A DNA stretch of 64,000 bases from a virus. The notes under the pieces were generated by a model that was not told where the DNA came from, ran no database searches, and saw only the letters and a program-made list of their open reading frames with translations. Below, piece after piece: positions 39,062 to 48,856 of this stretch. Each line of letters starts with the position of its first letter. Position 1 is the stretch's first letter. Location: IMG/VR virus record IMGVR_UViG_3300044736_000016, positions 32,001-96,000 of that record; one strand, written 5' to 3'. A program made the position numbers and the translations under genes.

Positions 39062-39781
39062 TCAGGCTGCCTCTAGCGGGAGGACGCCTTGCGCCAGCCT
39101 GCGCGCGGTCACCTCACACCAGCGCTCCTCTAGTTCGACGCCGATCGCTCTACGCCCGAGGTTCTTGGCTGCCACCAGCGTGCTCCCGCTACCAGCAAAT
39201 GGGTCTAACACAATCTCTCCGGGATCGGATAGACAAGACACGATGCGTTGCATGAGCGAGACAGGCTTGGCGCTCTCATGCTCATGGCGAGCATATGAAC
39301 CGCTCTCCTCGTGGACATACCACACTGATCCGGGGGCAGAACCTAACGGGTGTCGCTTGTGGTTGCGGCTCGGCTTGCTGGCTGGTGCATACGGAACCCG
39401 AACGCGATCCACCTTGGGGGCTGCGCGGGGCGGCAGATAGTGGATCGTGAACAACTCATGGCTACGACCGAACCGCTCGCCAGCCGTCCCCAAGGTGCCA
39501 CGCGACCACACCATCTCTTGCTCTAGTTCCAGCCCCGCCGCCTCAAGCGCTGCGACTACGGGAGCGAGCGTGCGCAAGAGGCCGAAAGCCACACAGAACC
39601 CACTCGGTTTCAGGAGTGGAGCTGCCAAGGCTTCCCAAGATACAGGGTTATCCCACCGCGCTATGCCGATGCCGTAAGGCGGGTCAGTGATTATCGCGTC
39701 TATCTCGTGCAGCGTCGGTAACACCTCGCGGCAGTCGCCGTGATAGAGCGTTACGCTTCCGTCTTGGTAGTAAGGCTGCAC
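39062..39781 (-). CDS. DNA N6-adenine/N4-cytosine methyltransferase (beta-class), antisense and leaderless
   Basis: TDPPYG, KPVSL, LDPFAGSGST; TAGACT 6 nt before GTG. Confidence 0.92.
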   Translation of the reverse strand: MQPYYQDGSVTLYHGDCREVLPTLHEIDAIITDPPYGIGIARWDNPVSWEALAAPLLKPSGFCVAFGLLRTLAPVVAALEAAGLELEQEMVWSRGTLGTAGERFGRSHELFTIHYLPPRAAPKVDRVRVPYAPASKPSRNHKRHPLGSAPGSVWYVHEESGSYARHEHESAKPVSLMQRIVSCLSDPGEIVLDPFAGSGSTLVAAKNLGRRAIGVELEERWCEVTARRLAQGVLPLEAA

Positions 39782-39842
39782 AATCGCAGTCTAGCCTAAC
39801 CACGGCACGGGCAACCACCCGCACGCCGTGATCCTGCGCTGA

Positions 39843-40187
39843 GTGAGTCGACTCAAGCTGAACAACGTTGGCGGGACCACGGGCGCGGCGCTCGGTTCTT
39901 CGTCGTCGGGCACGTCGCAGGCGATCACTGGACTCTTCGCGGTCGCCCCTGCCTTCGCCACCATCGTCGCACCTGACTACTACGTGGTCATCTTCGAGCC
40001 GAACACGGCGAACGAGGAGATCGCGTATCTGACCGTCTACACGTCGGGCGCGCTCGACGGAACCATCACCCGTGGGCAAGAGGGGACGGGGGCACCCGCA
40101 CACACATCGGGGGTCTCATGGACACACGGACCGACCGCGCAGGACTTCGCTCCGACGTACAAGCCCGCGGCGTTTTTCCTTTCGTGA
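39843..40187 (+). CDS. Small virion protein (TITRGQEGT motif)
   Basis: EIAYLT..TITRGQEGTGAPAH motif typical of tail/fibre N-termini. Confidence 0.7.
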   Translation: MSRLKLNNVGGTTGAALGSSSSGTSQAITGLFAVAPAFATIVAPDYYVVIFEPNTANEEIAYLTVYTSGALDGTITRGQEGTGAPAHTSGVSWTHGPTAQDFAPTYKPAAFFLS

Positions 40188-40906
40188 TGGCCCTATCCCG
40201 CCTGCTTCTACTGCTCGGGCTGGTCACGCTGATCGGTGGTTGTGGTTCAGGTACGTTCGCCGCAGGGATCGCGCCTGCGTACACGGGGCACATCGTCGCT
40301 CTCGGCGACAGCCTGACGTACGGCCACGGTAACGGCGCCAACGACCAGTGGTTCGGTCCACCACAGCCGCACTCCTACCCGTGGGACATGGAAGCCGACC
40401 TTGGTATGCCCGTGGTCAACGCCGGGATCACCGGGACAACGGCGTACTCAGTCCTGCATCAGGAGACGCTGCCCTGCTGCCCACGGCCGGCAGAATATCA
40501 GCTACCCGCCCTGCTCGCTCAGCATCCGCGCCTGATCGTGGTCGGCTTCGGCACGAACGAGGCGAACTACCGCCACCCGATCGCGCAGACGGTCGCTGAC
40601 TTCCAACTCCTGCTCTACCAGATCGCGAACGCAGGCGTGCCCATCGTTCTGTTCGGCGTCCATGTCGACTGCACCGTCCAGCCGTGCACCCCGCCCGGTC
40701 CGGGAGAGACGGCGCAGGTGTATACGACGGCGTGGGACCAGGCGCTGACCTCGCTCGCGGCGCAGTATCACGCTGGGTTGGTGCTCGACATCCAGCATGG
40801 GTTCACCTCGGCCGACATGACGGACTGGATTCACTGCAACGCGCAGGGCTATCAGAAGATGGCGAACCAGATCGAACCGGCCGTGCGGTCGAAGTTGGGT
40901 ATCTAG
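40187..40906 (+). CDS. SGNH/GDSL hydrolase, predicted lipoprotein
   Basis: Lipobox-like LIGGC after a hydrophobic signal; GDSLT, NAGITG, GTNE, DWIH blocks. Confidence 0.85.
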   Translation: MALSRLLLLLGLVTLIGGCGSGTFAAGIAPAYTGHIVALGDSLTYGHGNGANDQWFGPPQPHSYPWDMEADLGMPVVNAGITGTTAYSVLHQETLPCCPRPAEYQLPALLAQHPRLIVVGFGTNEANYRHPIAQTVADFQLLLYQIANAGVPIVLFGVHVDCTVQPCTPPGPGETAQVYTTAWDQALTSLAAQYHAGLVLDIQHGFTSADMTDWIHCNAQGYQKMANQIEPAVRSKLGI

Positions 40907-41101
40907 TTGGTGATCTGGAGCGACGCCGTGCACTGGCCATGGCGTACCGGGACGAGCGTCCATCGGACCATCTACGGCTGCCCGCCCGGATCAACTCACC
41001 GCGCTGGCGAAGTTCTGATCGGCATGATGGACACTCCAGACCTCGCCCGCGAGGCTGTCGACGCTCATAACGAACGTCTCGCCTCGGGCAGGCTGCCGTG
41101 A
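40907..41101 (+). CDS. Small conserved hypothetical protein
   Basis: WRTG..V.RTIY..IGMMDTP.LA..V.AHN. Confidence 0.65.
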   Translation: MVIWSDAVHWPWRTGTSVHRTIYGCPPGSTHRAGEVLIGMMDTPDLAREAVDAHNERLASGRLP

Positions 41102-44100
41102 TCACTCTCGCCGCTACCAACACAATTCAGGGTAGCGCGGGAACCACGACGGCGGTCACCTACACAATCACCGGCATGACGCTGTCGAGCGCGCAGGCAG
41201 AGACGTACGCAGTCCTATCTCAGGGCCAGCTCGCCACATCCGCGGCAGCGATCTACACCGTGCCCGCGAGCACGTCGGCGCTCGTCAAGGAGATCCTGCT
41301 CGCCAACGTCACGGCCGCAGCCGTATCGGTCAAGCTCTACATCAACGGCACCACGGCGGCGAACCAGATCACCTCGCTCAACATCCCTGCCAACGGCGAG
41401 GCGAAGTTCGATCACACGGGCTGGGCGGTGTACGACGGCAACGGTAGCCTGCAAGTCACGCCTGTCTACATCACTGCGGCGGCGGGGTCGGTCCCGGAGG
41501 CGTCGGTCGCCAACCTCGGCATGGACCTGACCGTGCTGACCGCGGCCATCGCAGACAACGGCGTGGATTCGGGCTGCGCCGTGACGTGGGTGTCAGGCCT
41601 GAACGTTGCCATCGCCACAGGCATCGTGCGCATCGGCGGTGGACGGTACAACATCGCAGCCGTCGCCTCGCAGGCGCTGAACACCGCCGACCCGAACTAC
41701 GCGCGCTGGGACATGATCACCGCGAACACCTCGTCCGCCGTGGTCTACACAGCAGGCACCGCTGCGGCGTATCCGGTGGTCCCGGCCATCCCCGCGAACT
41801 CCGTCGTGCTGGCGATCATCCCCGTCTACGCTGGCAACAACCCGGCGCTGTCGGGCGCAGCCATCGTGGACAAGCGCATCATTCTGCCGACCACGAACCT
41901 GAACCTGCCGCCAGTGTTCGACCCGAGCGGTGGTTTGAAGACGTGGCGTGCCGCGGTGGCGAACAAGGAAAACAAGCCCGCGGACATCCTGTTCATCGGC
42001 GACAGCATCCACGAGGGCTACTACAGCAGCGACGATGCGCACCGGTACGCCTCGCTCGTCAGACGCAGGCTACAGAACTACTACAACCCGACGCACATTC
42101 CCGGAGGCGAGGGCTTCATACCCGGCACGCATGTGCAGGGTTCCGGCGCAGGCAACGGGTACATCGCGCTCGCGCAGCGGTGGACGGTCGTCGGACCAAG
42201 CCTACCTCCGACCGATCTGGGTTACGGGTTGGGGCGGCGGTCTGTTCCGCTCACCGCCGCAACGCACACTGCGACCATCGGCGGACTGCTCGCGGACCGG
42301 TTCTGGATCTACTACACGGCCACCACGACGTCAGGCTGGATCGGCATCGCTATCGACGGCAAGCTGACCACGGTGGCAACGCAGGGCGTTCTGTCCGGCA
42401 CCGGCACGGGCACGTTCACGACGACGCTCGCGACAGGATGGCCGGGTGGCACGTTCACACTCACGGTGGACGACGAGGACATGACCGTCACGGCGAACGG
42501 CGCCACCATCACGATCACGGCACGAGGAGCGAACGCCACCACCGCAGTCACGCATGCCGTGGGCGCGACTGCGCAGTGGGCTCCTGCGGGCGTGAAGCGC
42601 GCCAACACCCTCGGCGCCGCGATCAAGGGCGGTCGCATGTGGGATTCAGGCGCGCTGACCCGCGGTATCCACTCAGTGACCGTCGTGCCGATCAACCGTG
42701 CCGGTGGCGGGTCGACCTACAACGTCAACCTCGACGGCGTCATGGTGTTCGACGGCGACGGTGGGCCGGGACCGGGCACGTTCACTGACGGCGTGCTCGT
42801 CGGCACGACCACCACAGGCGTCCAGACGCTCCCCATATCGACCATCAACGTCACATCCACGACGAACTTCCCTGCGTCCGGCCAGGTGAACATCGTGACC
42901 TCGTCGGGCGCGCAGACCGTCACCTACGCGGGCGTCACCGCCAACACGCTGACCGGATGCTCGAACGGCGTCGGCAACACCTCGGCTGGCGGGGCCGTCA
43001 CATCCCAGACATTCCAGAGCGCCACGGCAGCCTTCACCGCGGCCGACGTCGGGCAGTACATCTACGCGGTCGGCATCCCCGTGCACACGACGATCACCGC
43101 CGTTGTGAGCGCGACGCAGATCACGCTGTTGCAGCCAGGGACTGCCACCAGCTCGGGAATCACCTTCGAGATCAACGGCAGATCCGCAGGAGTGCGCATG
43201 TGGGATGGCGCGCACTCGACCATGACATCTGCGGGCATGGCTGGTCCGGCGGGGGCGATCAACGGTTGGTGGGCTGACGCGCTCGACACCGTGGACCCTG
43301 ACCTTGTGGTGATCGAGTTCGGCATCGTGGACTTGATTTTGTCCGTGACGGGTGCGACCTACTACGCGAACCTCACGTCGATGGTCAGCCTCATCAAGTC
43401 GAAGTGCCCCGGCAACCCGTCCATCTGCTTCTTCGTCGCGTGGCAGCCCGGAGATTACACGGCAGCGCAGTGGGGCGTGTTTACCAACGCGATGTACCTC
43501 GTCGCCCAGCAGCAGGGCTGCGCGGTGTTCGACTTCTCGCTCAGGGTCTCTGCGGCAGCGGCATCAGGTGCCGGTGCGGTGATGTTCACCGACACCATCC
43601 ACCCGAACGATGCTGGTGCGCAGGACATTGCGCTCGAGTTCACCAAGTACCTCGTCGGGCACGAACTCGTGCAGCCGATCAAGAGTCCGTGGTTCGGGGA
43701 CGGTTCGGACGGCGCGGTGGTGTTCGACGGCACGACGACCATCCTCGGCATGGCCCCAGCGTCGAGCGTCTACACCCTGACGCGCGATCTGTTCCTGACC
43801 AACATGACCGTGAACAACGGCGTGACGATCAAGACGGCATCGTTCCGCATCTACGGTACCGGCACCTTGATGACGCCGATACAGGCTGTCGCGTCCACGG
43901 GGATCATCGACTGTTCTGGCGGAAACGCAGCAGGACAGACTGCTGGGGCGGCAACCGCGAACCAGTCTCTGTCGGGTAGCGTCGGCGGCGGGGCTGGAGG
44001 CGCGATCGGTGGGGCGGGTGTGGCGGGTGGCACTCTCACCGCAGCGGGGACAGGACCGCTCATGGGAGGTGTCGGCGGGATCGGTGGTGCCTCGACGGGA

Positions 44101-44544
44101 GCCGCTGGTGCAGCGGGTGCAAACACCAACGCAGCGGCGCAGAACCTCCTCAACGCCCGCACGGTCCACACGGCGACGACAGGCTGCGCCATGGGGTCGT
44201 TCGGCGCCTTCCAGAAGGTGCTGTACGTCCAGCCCGGTCAGGGCGGCGGCGGCGGCGGCGGTGGCGCGGCGGTCGGTGGTGGTGGTGGCGCTGGAGGCGG
44301 CATCGTCCTGCTCGCCTTCGCGACCATCAACTTCCTCGGACCCATCCTCGCGAACGGCGGCAACGGCGGCAACAGCACGGGTGGGGCGGGCGGCGGCGGC
44401 GGCGGCGGCGGGGCGATCTACCTCACCTGCGCCAACCTAGGACTGCTTGGCCCGGTTGCAGCAGCAGGCGGGTTCCCCGGCACGGGCACGGCCGGCGCAC
44501 CGGCCTCGGGTGGCGCAGGCAGCGTCATCATCACCCGCGTGTAG
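41098..44544 (+). CDS. Large virion/receptor-binding protein with an interrupted SGNH esterase and a Gly-rich C-terminus
   Basis: FIGDSIHEG ... PDLVVIEFG ... DTIHPNDAG; poly-Gly tail. Confidence 0.75.
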   Translation: MITLAATNTIQGSAGTTTAVTYTITGMTLSSAQAETYAVLSQGQLATSAAAIYTVPASTSALVKEILLANVTAAAVSVKLYINGTTAANQITSLNIPANGEAKFDHTGWAVYDGNGSLQVTPVYITAAAGSVPEASVANLGMDLTVLTAAIADNGVDSGCAVTWVSGLNVAIATGIVRIGGGRYNIAAVASQALNTADPNYARWDMITANTSSAVVYTAGTAAAYPVVPAIPANSVVLAIIPVYAGNNPALSGAAIVDKRIILPTTNLNLPPVFDPSGGLKTWRAAVANKENKPADILFIGDSIHEGYYSSDDAHRYASLVRRRLQNYYNPTHIPGGEGFIPGTHVQGSGAGNGYIALAQRWTVVGPSLPPTDLGYGLGRRSVPLTAATHTATIGGLLADRFWIYYTATTTSGWIGIAIDGKLTTVATQGVLSGTGTGTFTTTLATGWPGGTFTLTVDDEDMTVTANGATITITARGANATTAVTHAVGATAQWAPAGVKRANTLGAAIKGGRMWDSGALTRGIHSVTVVPINRAGGGSTYNVNLDGVMVFDGDGGPGPGTFTDGVLVGTTTTGVQTLPISTINVTSTTNFPASGQVNIVTSSGAQTVTYAGVTANTLTGCSNGVGNTSAGGAVTSQTFQSATAAFTAADVGQYIYAVGIPVHTTITAVVSATQITLLQPGTATSSGITFEINGRSAGVRMWDGAHSTMTSAGMAGPAGAINGWWADALDTVDPDLVVIEFGIVDLILSVTGATYYANLTSMVSLIKSKCPGNPSICFFVAWQPGDYTAAQWGVFTNAMYLVAQQQGCAVFDFSLRVSAAAASGAGAVMFTDTIHPNDAGAQDIALEFTKYLVGHELVQPIKSPWFGDGSDGAVVFDGTTTILGMAPASSVYTLTRDLFLTNMTVNNGVTIKTASFRIYGTGTLMTPIQAVASTGIIDCSGGNAAGQTAGAATANQSLSGSVGGGAGGAIGGAGVAGGTLTAAGTGPLMGGVGGIGGASTGAAGAAGANTNAAAQNLLNARTVHTATTGCAMGSFGAFQKVLYVQPGQGGGGGGGGAAVGGGGGAGGGIVLLAFATINFLGPILANGGNGGNSTGGAGGGGGGGGAIYLTCANLGLLGPVAAAGGFPGTGTAGAPASGGAGSVIITRV

Positions 44545-44547
44545 CCC

Positions 44548-47310
44548 ATGAGCTTCGGCGGGGATCGCTACGGCGTCGTCCGCTACGCGGGGCAGTCCAC
44601 AACGGGTGTGGTCCTGCCAGTCACGTCGGCGGGTGCGTCCTCGAGCACGGGCACCGCCACCCTGACGCTCGTCATGCCCGTCTCGGCGATCGGTGCATCT
44701 GCATCTACTGGCACAGCGACAGCAGCGGTCACGTACGGGATCACGGCGTCCGGTTCTTCCTCGGCCACCGGGGCGGCGACCGCGGCGCTGATCATGCCGG
44801 TTGCGGCCACCGGATCGGCTGCGAGTTCGGGCACGGGTTCGGTCGCGCAGGTTATGGCGGTCGCTGCGACCGGCGCATCGGTGGCCTCGGGGACAGGCGC
44901 GTCGGCCCTGACCATGCTGGTCTCGGCCTCGGGAGCGAGTACGGCGGTCGGAACCGTCAGCGGCGCTCTGGTCTTGGCAACTACGGCGACGGGCGGGAGC
45001 GCTACTGCTGGCGCTGCATCCGTGGGTCTCTCGCAGCCCGTGCCGGCCGTCGGGGCAGCGGTCAGCACTGGGGTCGGGTCAGCCGCTCTCGTCATGCCGA
45101 TCGCCGGGACCGGTGGTTCGGTAGCTGGCGGTGCCGCGGCCGTTGCGCTGTCGATGGCGGTCACGTCCTCTGGCCAATCTGCCGCATCCGGTTCGGCCGC
45201 TGTGGTCGCGACGCTCGCCGTGAGCGCCGCCGGGGCGTGTACGGCTGGTGGCACGACCGTGATCACGCTGCGTCAGCCGGCCTCCGGGTCAGGGGCCGCG
45301 GTGAGTTCTGGCGCCTCTGCGGTCGTACTAGCGATGCTGGTCGGTGCAACGGGGAGTGCGGCGACCTCTGGCACATCAGCGGTCAGCCTGTCGTTGGCGG
45401 TTCTGGCTTCCGGTGCTGCTGCGGCCTCTGGCGGCGCTGTGGCGGTCCTGCTTCTCGCCGTGAGCACCGCGGGTACTGCGTCGTCGGCAGGGACGTCGAC
45501 GGTGACGCTCGGCATGCCCGTCTCGACTGTGGGCGTGTCAGCCTCGGTGGGTGGTGCGGCGGTCGTACTGCTCATGCCGGTCTCAGCGGTGGCGGCATCG
45601 ACATCAACCGGCGCGGCGACCGTCAGCCTCCGCGCACCGATCACGGCTGTCGGGCTGGCCACATCAGCAGGGGGCGCCGCGGCCGTCCTGGTCATGCCAA
45701 CGTCGGGAGTGGGAACCACGGTCGCGGCGGGGACGGCGACCGTGGGGCTGCTGCTGCTGATCTCCGCGTCTGGCGTGTCGGTGAGCATCGGTACGTCATC
45801 CGTCCTGCTCGTCCAGCCGATCTCCACCACGGGCTCAGCAGTGGTGTCCGGCGCGGCGGCGGTGATCCTCGTCATGCCTGCTGCTGCGCTCGGAACGTCC
45901 TCTGCGGCGGGTTCCGCGTCCCTTGCGGTGGTTGTCGTCGTGTCCACGGCGGGGTCGGCGTTGGCTGCGGGCGCGGCGAGTGTGGCTCTGCGTATCCCGG
46001 TCACCGCATCAGGGTCGGCGGTGTGTTCGGGCGTCTCGTCTGCCGTTCTGAGCCTGCCGACCATCGCTGCGGGCGGTTCTGCCGCGGGCGGAACGGCTGC
46101 GGTCATCCTGCGCGTGTCGACCACCGGTTCGGGTGCAGCGGCGGCGTCCGGTGGGGCTGTCGTCGTACTGACCCTCGCCATCACCGCGTCAGGAACGACC
46201 GTGGCCACTGGTGGAGCGGCGGCGGTGGTCGTTCTGCCGGTGACCGCGGCCGGCGCGTCTACGTCGGCAGGGACGGGCTCTGTCCTGTCCGGCGTCCCCA
46301 TCAACGCGGTCGGGACGTCGCTCGGTGCCGGGGTGGCCTCTGTGGCGCTGCGGCTGGCATCCTCTGGGGTAGGCGCATCGGTCGCCGCGGGCTCGGCTAG
46401 CGTCGTCTTGATCCTCGCCCTTGGCGCTACCGGCGTGAGCGTCGCGGCAGGGACGGCGGACGTCAACACTGGCGCGCTCCGGGCCGCAGGGACAGCCTCG
46501 TCCTCGGGGACGGCGGTCGCCGCCCTCCTGCTGGTGGTCGCTGGCGTCGGGGCCGGGGTGTCGTCGGGATCTGGCGCCATCGGTCTGACCATGCTGTCTG
46601 GAGCCTCTGGTGCGGCGGCCAGCTCCGGGAACGCTGCGGTGTGGCTGAGCCTTGCAGTAGTCGGTGCAGGAGCGTCGGCCTCGAGCGGCACAGCGGCGAT
46701 CGTCGTACTCACGCCTCTGCGCGTGTCGGCTGCCGGGGTCGCTACATCGGCGGGATCGGCGCTGGTTGGCCTGACGCTCCCCTCGGCCGCAGTGGGTGGT
46801 TCGCTGGCGTCTGGCTTCGCTCTGGCAGGCATCCCTGCGCTGGTGGCAGGAGTCGGCGCATCGACGATTGCTGGCGCTGCGACGGTCGTGGTGTGGCTCG
46901 GCATCGGCTCTGCGGGGGCGTCAGCAGGCAGCGGTGCTGCGTCGGTCCGTCTGTCTGTGGCGATCGTCGGTGTGGGTGCGGCAGTCTCCGCTGGAGGCGC
47001 GACAGTCGAACTCGGTGGTGGCCTGGTCGGCGTCGGCATCGCTATCAGCATCGGGTCCGCGACGCTAGTCCTCGTCTACCCCGTCATCCGGCACCTCGCC
47101 ATGGGGATCAGCCTCACACCCGTCGCTACGGGGGCTGGGGTCAGCGGAGGAGCGCGTGGCGGGATGGCTGCTGCGGGGTCGGTCGGGATGGCGCGAAGCG
47201 GTGATGTTCGGGGCCTGACGGTCAGCGCTGGCGTTACGGGCTCGGCTCGAGGCGGTGACGCGGCAGGAGTGGTCAAGACGCCCGCCGTGGCAGGCTCGGT
47301 GCTGCCATGA
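44548..47310 (+). CDS. Giant low-complexity 20-aa repeat protein (virion fibre candidate)
   Basis: Roughly 40 imperfect 20-aa units (LPVTSAGASSSTGTATLTLV...), almost no charged residues. Confidence 0.8.
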   Translation: MSFGGDRYGVVRYAGQSTTGVVLPVTSAGASSSTGTATLTLVMPVSAIGASASTGTATAAVTYGITASGSSSATGAATAALIMPVAATGSAASSGTGSVAQVMAVAATGASVASGTGASALTMLVSASGASTAVGTVSGALVLATTATGGSATAGAASVGLSQPVPAVGAAVSTGVGSAALVMPIAGTGGSVAGGAAAVALSMAVTSSGQSAASGSAAVVATLAVSAAGACTAGGTTVITLRQPASGSGAAVSSGASAVVLAMLVGATGSAATSGTSAVSLSLAVLASGAAAASGGAVAVLLLAVSTAGTASSAGTSTVTLGMPVSTVGVSASVGGAAVVLLMPVSAVAASTSTGAATVSLRAPITAVGLATSAGGAAAVLVMPTSGVGTTVAAGTATVGLLLLISASGVSVSIGTSSVLLVQPISTTGSAVVSGAAAVILVMPAAALGTSSAAGSASLAVVVVVSTAGSALAAGAASVALRIPVTASGSAVCSGVSSAVLSLPTIAAGGSAAGGTAAVILRVSTTGSGAAAASGGAVVVLTLAITASGTTVATGGAAAVVVLPVTAAGASTSAGTGSVLSGVPINAVGTSLGAGVASVALRLASSGVGASVAAGSASVVLILALGATGVSVAAGTADVNTGALRAAGTASSSGTAVAALLLVVAGVGAGVSSGSGAIGLTMLSGASGAAASSGNAAVWLSLAVVGAGASASSGTAAIVVLTPLRVSAAGVATSAGSALVGLTLPSAAVGGSLASGFALAGIPALVAGVGASTIAGAATVVVWLGIGSAGASAGSGAASVRLSVAIVGVGAAVSAGGATVELGGGLVGVGIAISIGSATLVLVYPVIRHLAMGISLTPVATGAGVSGGARGGMAAAGSVGMARSGDVRGLTVSAGVTGSARGGDAAGVVKTPAVAGSVLP

Positions 47311-47337
47311 TGACGACGTGCGGCGTGGGCTGATCCT

Positions 47338-48219
47338 GTGTCGTTTTTGCTCGGCAAGGCCGCAGTTTTGCAGAGCGTTTTCAAAGACCTCGTAACCGGC
47401 CTGCCCAACGATCCTCCCGGCGTCGCCTTCTCTCTGGTCGATCCGCTTGGCGTGGTCACTGCCGCGACGTGGGTCGGACCTGCGCCGGGTACGTTCGCTG
47501 GTGCATCTGGCCTCTCACGACTGTCGGCCGGTGCGTTCCAGTTCGTCACCATCCCCAGTTACGCGGGATCCCCGTGGCGATGGTCGTTCCTCTCCACCGG
47601 AACCGCAACGCCCACAGAGTACGCGGCGTCGTTCTCGGTCATCAGCACCGCCTCATACCCCTACCCGTACGGCTACTGCGACTTCGCCGACGTGCGCAAC
47701 CGGATTGTCGGTGGAACATGGGACGAGACCGTCGCGGACAGTTCGATCATCCAGACACAGGTAGCGGCGTTCATCGAGGAGAGCACCGCCGAGATCGACA
47801 TGTCGCTGGCCAAGCGGGGATACTCGGTCCCGCTCGTCCCCCAAGTCAACATGCAGATCAGCGCGACCGTCTGGAACCATCTGCGTGGGATCTGCGGCAT
47901 GCTTGCTGCTGGTAGGGTGGAGCTCGCCCGCCACGGGTCGGGTGAAGCCGAGGTGGACAACGTCGGCAAGTCGCTCATCGCCATCGCTCGTGCGCAGTTG
48001 CAACGTATCGAGACCGGCGCCGACAACCTGACCATCTTCGGCGTAGCCGGACTGTCCGAGCCGCAGGTGGATTCGGGCGCAGGGATGTCCGAGGGGACGC
48101 TGGTCGGACTGAACGGCAACGCCTACCCGCCGCTGTTCACGATCAGCGGCGATGTGCCCACGGTCGGCGTCCCCATCCCGGGCGGTGGGATTCCGTCAGG
48201 TGGCGTACAGCCGTGGTGA
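47338..48219 (+). CDS. Head-tail adaptor (Mu gp36/DUF1320-like C-terminal half) with an N-terminal beta domain
   Basis: YCDFADV..AEID.SLAKRGYSVPL. Confidence 0.65.
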   Translation: MSFLLGKAAVLQSVFKDLVTGLPNDPPGVAFSLVDPLGVVTAATWVGPAPGTFAGASGLSRLSAGAFQFVTIPSYAGSPWRWSFLSTGTATPTEYAASFSVISTASYPYPYGYCDFADVRNRIVGGTWDETVADSSIIQTQVAAFIEESTAEIDMSLAKRGYSVPLVPQVNMQISATVWNHLRGICGMLAAGRVELARHGSGEAEVDNVGKSLIAIARAQLQRIETGADNLTIFGVAGLSEPQVDSGAGMSEGTLVGLNGNAYPPLFTISGDVPTVGVPIPGGGIPSGGVQPW

Positions 48220-48737
48220 TGCCGCCGCCGGTTATCTCTGTCACCATCGTCGGTGCCCGCGAACTGTCTGGCCGATTCGCCACGATGCGGGACACTGGGT
48301 TGCAAGCCATCCTCACCGAGCGTGCCGACGCCATGGGGCAGGCCATCGTGCACATCTACGCCAACCACGCTCCCAGATCCCCCGAGGGCGCCACCGCTCC
48401 CGCAGACGCCCGCACGCATTCCGCTCACTTCGCGGACAGTTTTTTCGCCACCACCACGGCACGGGCAGAGGGGTTCGAGGTCATGGTGGACACGTCCGAG
48501 CCTGACATCGAGGAGTTCATCCGCTTCGGCCACGGGGACATCTACCCGGTCAACGCCAACGTGCTGCGGTGGATCGACTACGCCTCGGGGAAGCCGGTTT
48601 ACGCCATGCACGTCGGGCCGGTGGCGCCGAACCACTGGCAGGAGGAGGCGCAGGCCGAGGTGGATGCTGTGGTGGCGTTCGAGGGGCCGCGGATCGGCGT
48701 GGCGGTGTCGACGGCGCTCGGCGGGAAGTTGTGGTGA
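48216..48737 (+). CDS. Neck/tail completion protein (HK97 gp10-like)
   Basis: Position; FGHGDIYPVNANVLRW..HVGPVAPN. Confidence 0.6.
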   Translation: MMPPPVISVTIVGARELSGRFATMRDTGLQAILTERADAMGQAIVHIYANHAPRSPEGATAPADARTHSAHFADSFFATTTARAEGFEVMVDTSEPDIEEFIRFGHGDIYPVNANVLRWIDYASGKPVYAMHVGPVAPNHWQEEAQAEVDAVVAFEGPRIGVAVSTALGGKLW

Positions 48738-48856
48738 GGATGCCTGCTATGATCCCCCCTGCGGGTGCGGCGGCCTCCACCTCAGACGTGGTTGCCGGGG
48801 GACGCCTTGGGTTCGCTCGCCGAGCAACACCCGCAACACACACCGACGGGGTGTAG

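Noticed and set aside
44240-44415. GGC trinucleotide runs as a contingency locus
   Set aside because: They are in-frame poly-Gly coding typical of phage Gly-rich domains.
37662-47051. Long minus-strand ORFs (37662-38852, 44583-45266, 45273-47051)
   Set aside because: They are shadows of GC-rich Ala/Gly/Ser/Val repeat coding.
36082-47310. LPVTG/MPVTG in the repeat proteins as sortase substrates
   Set aside because: They are internal to repeats, with no signal peptide and no TM/basic tail, and are expected from the repeat consensus.
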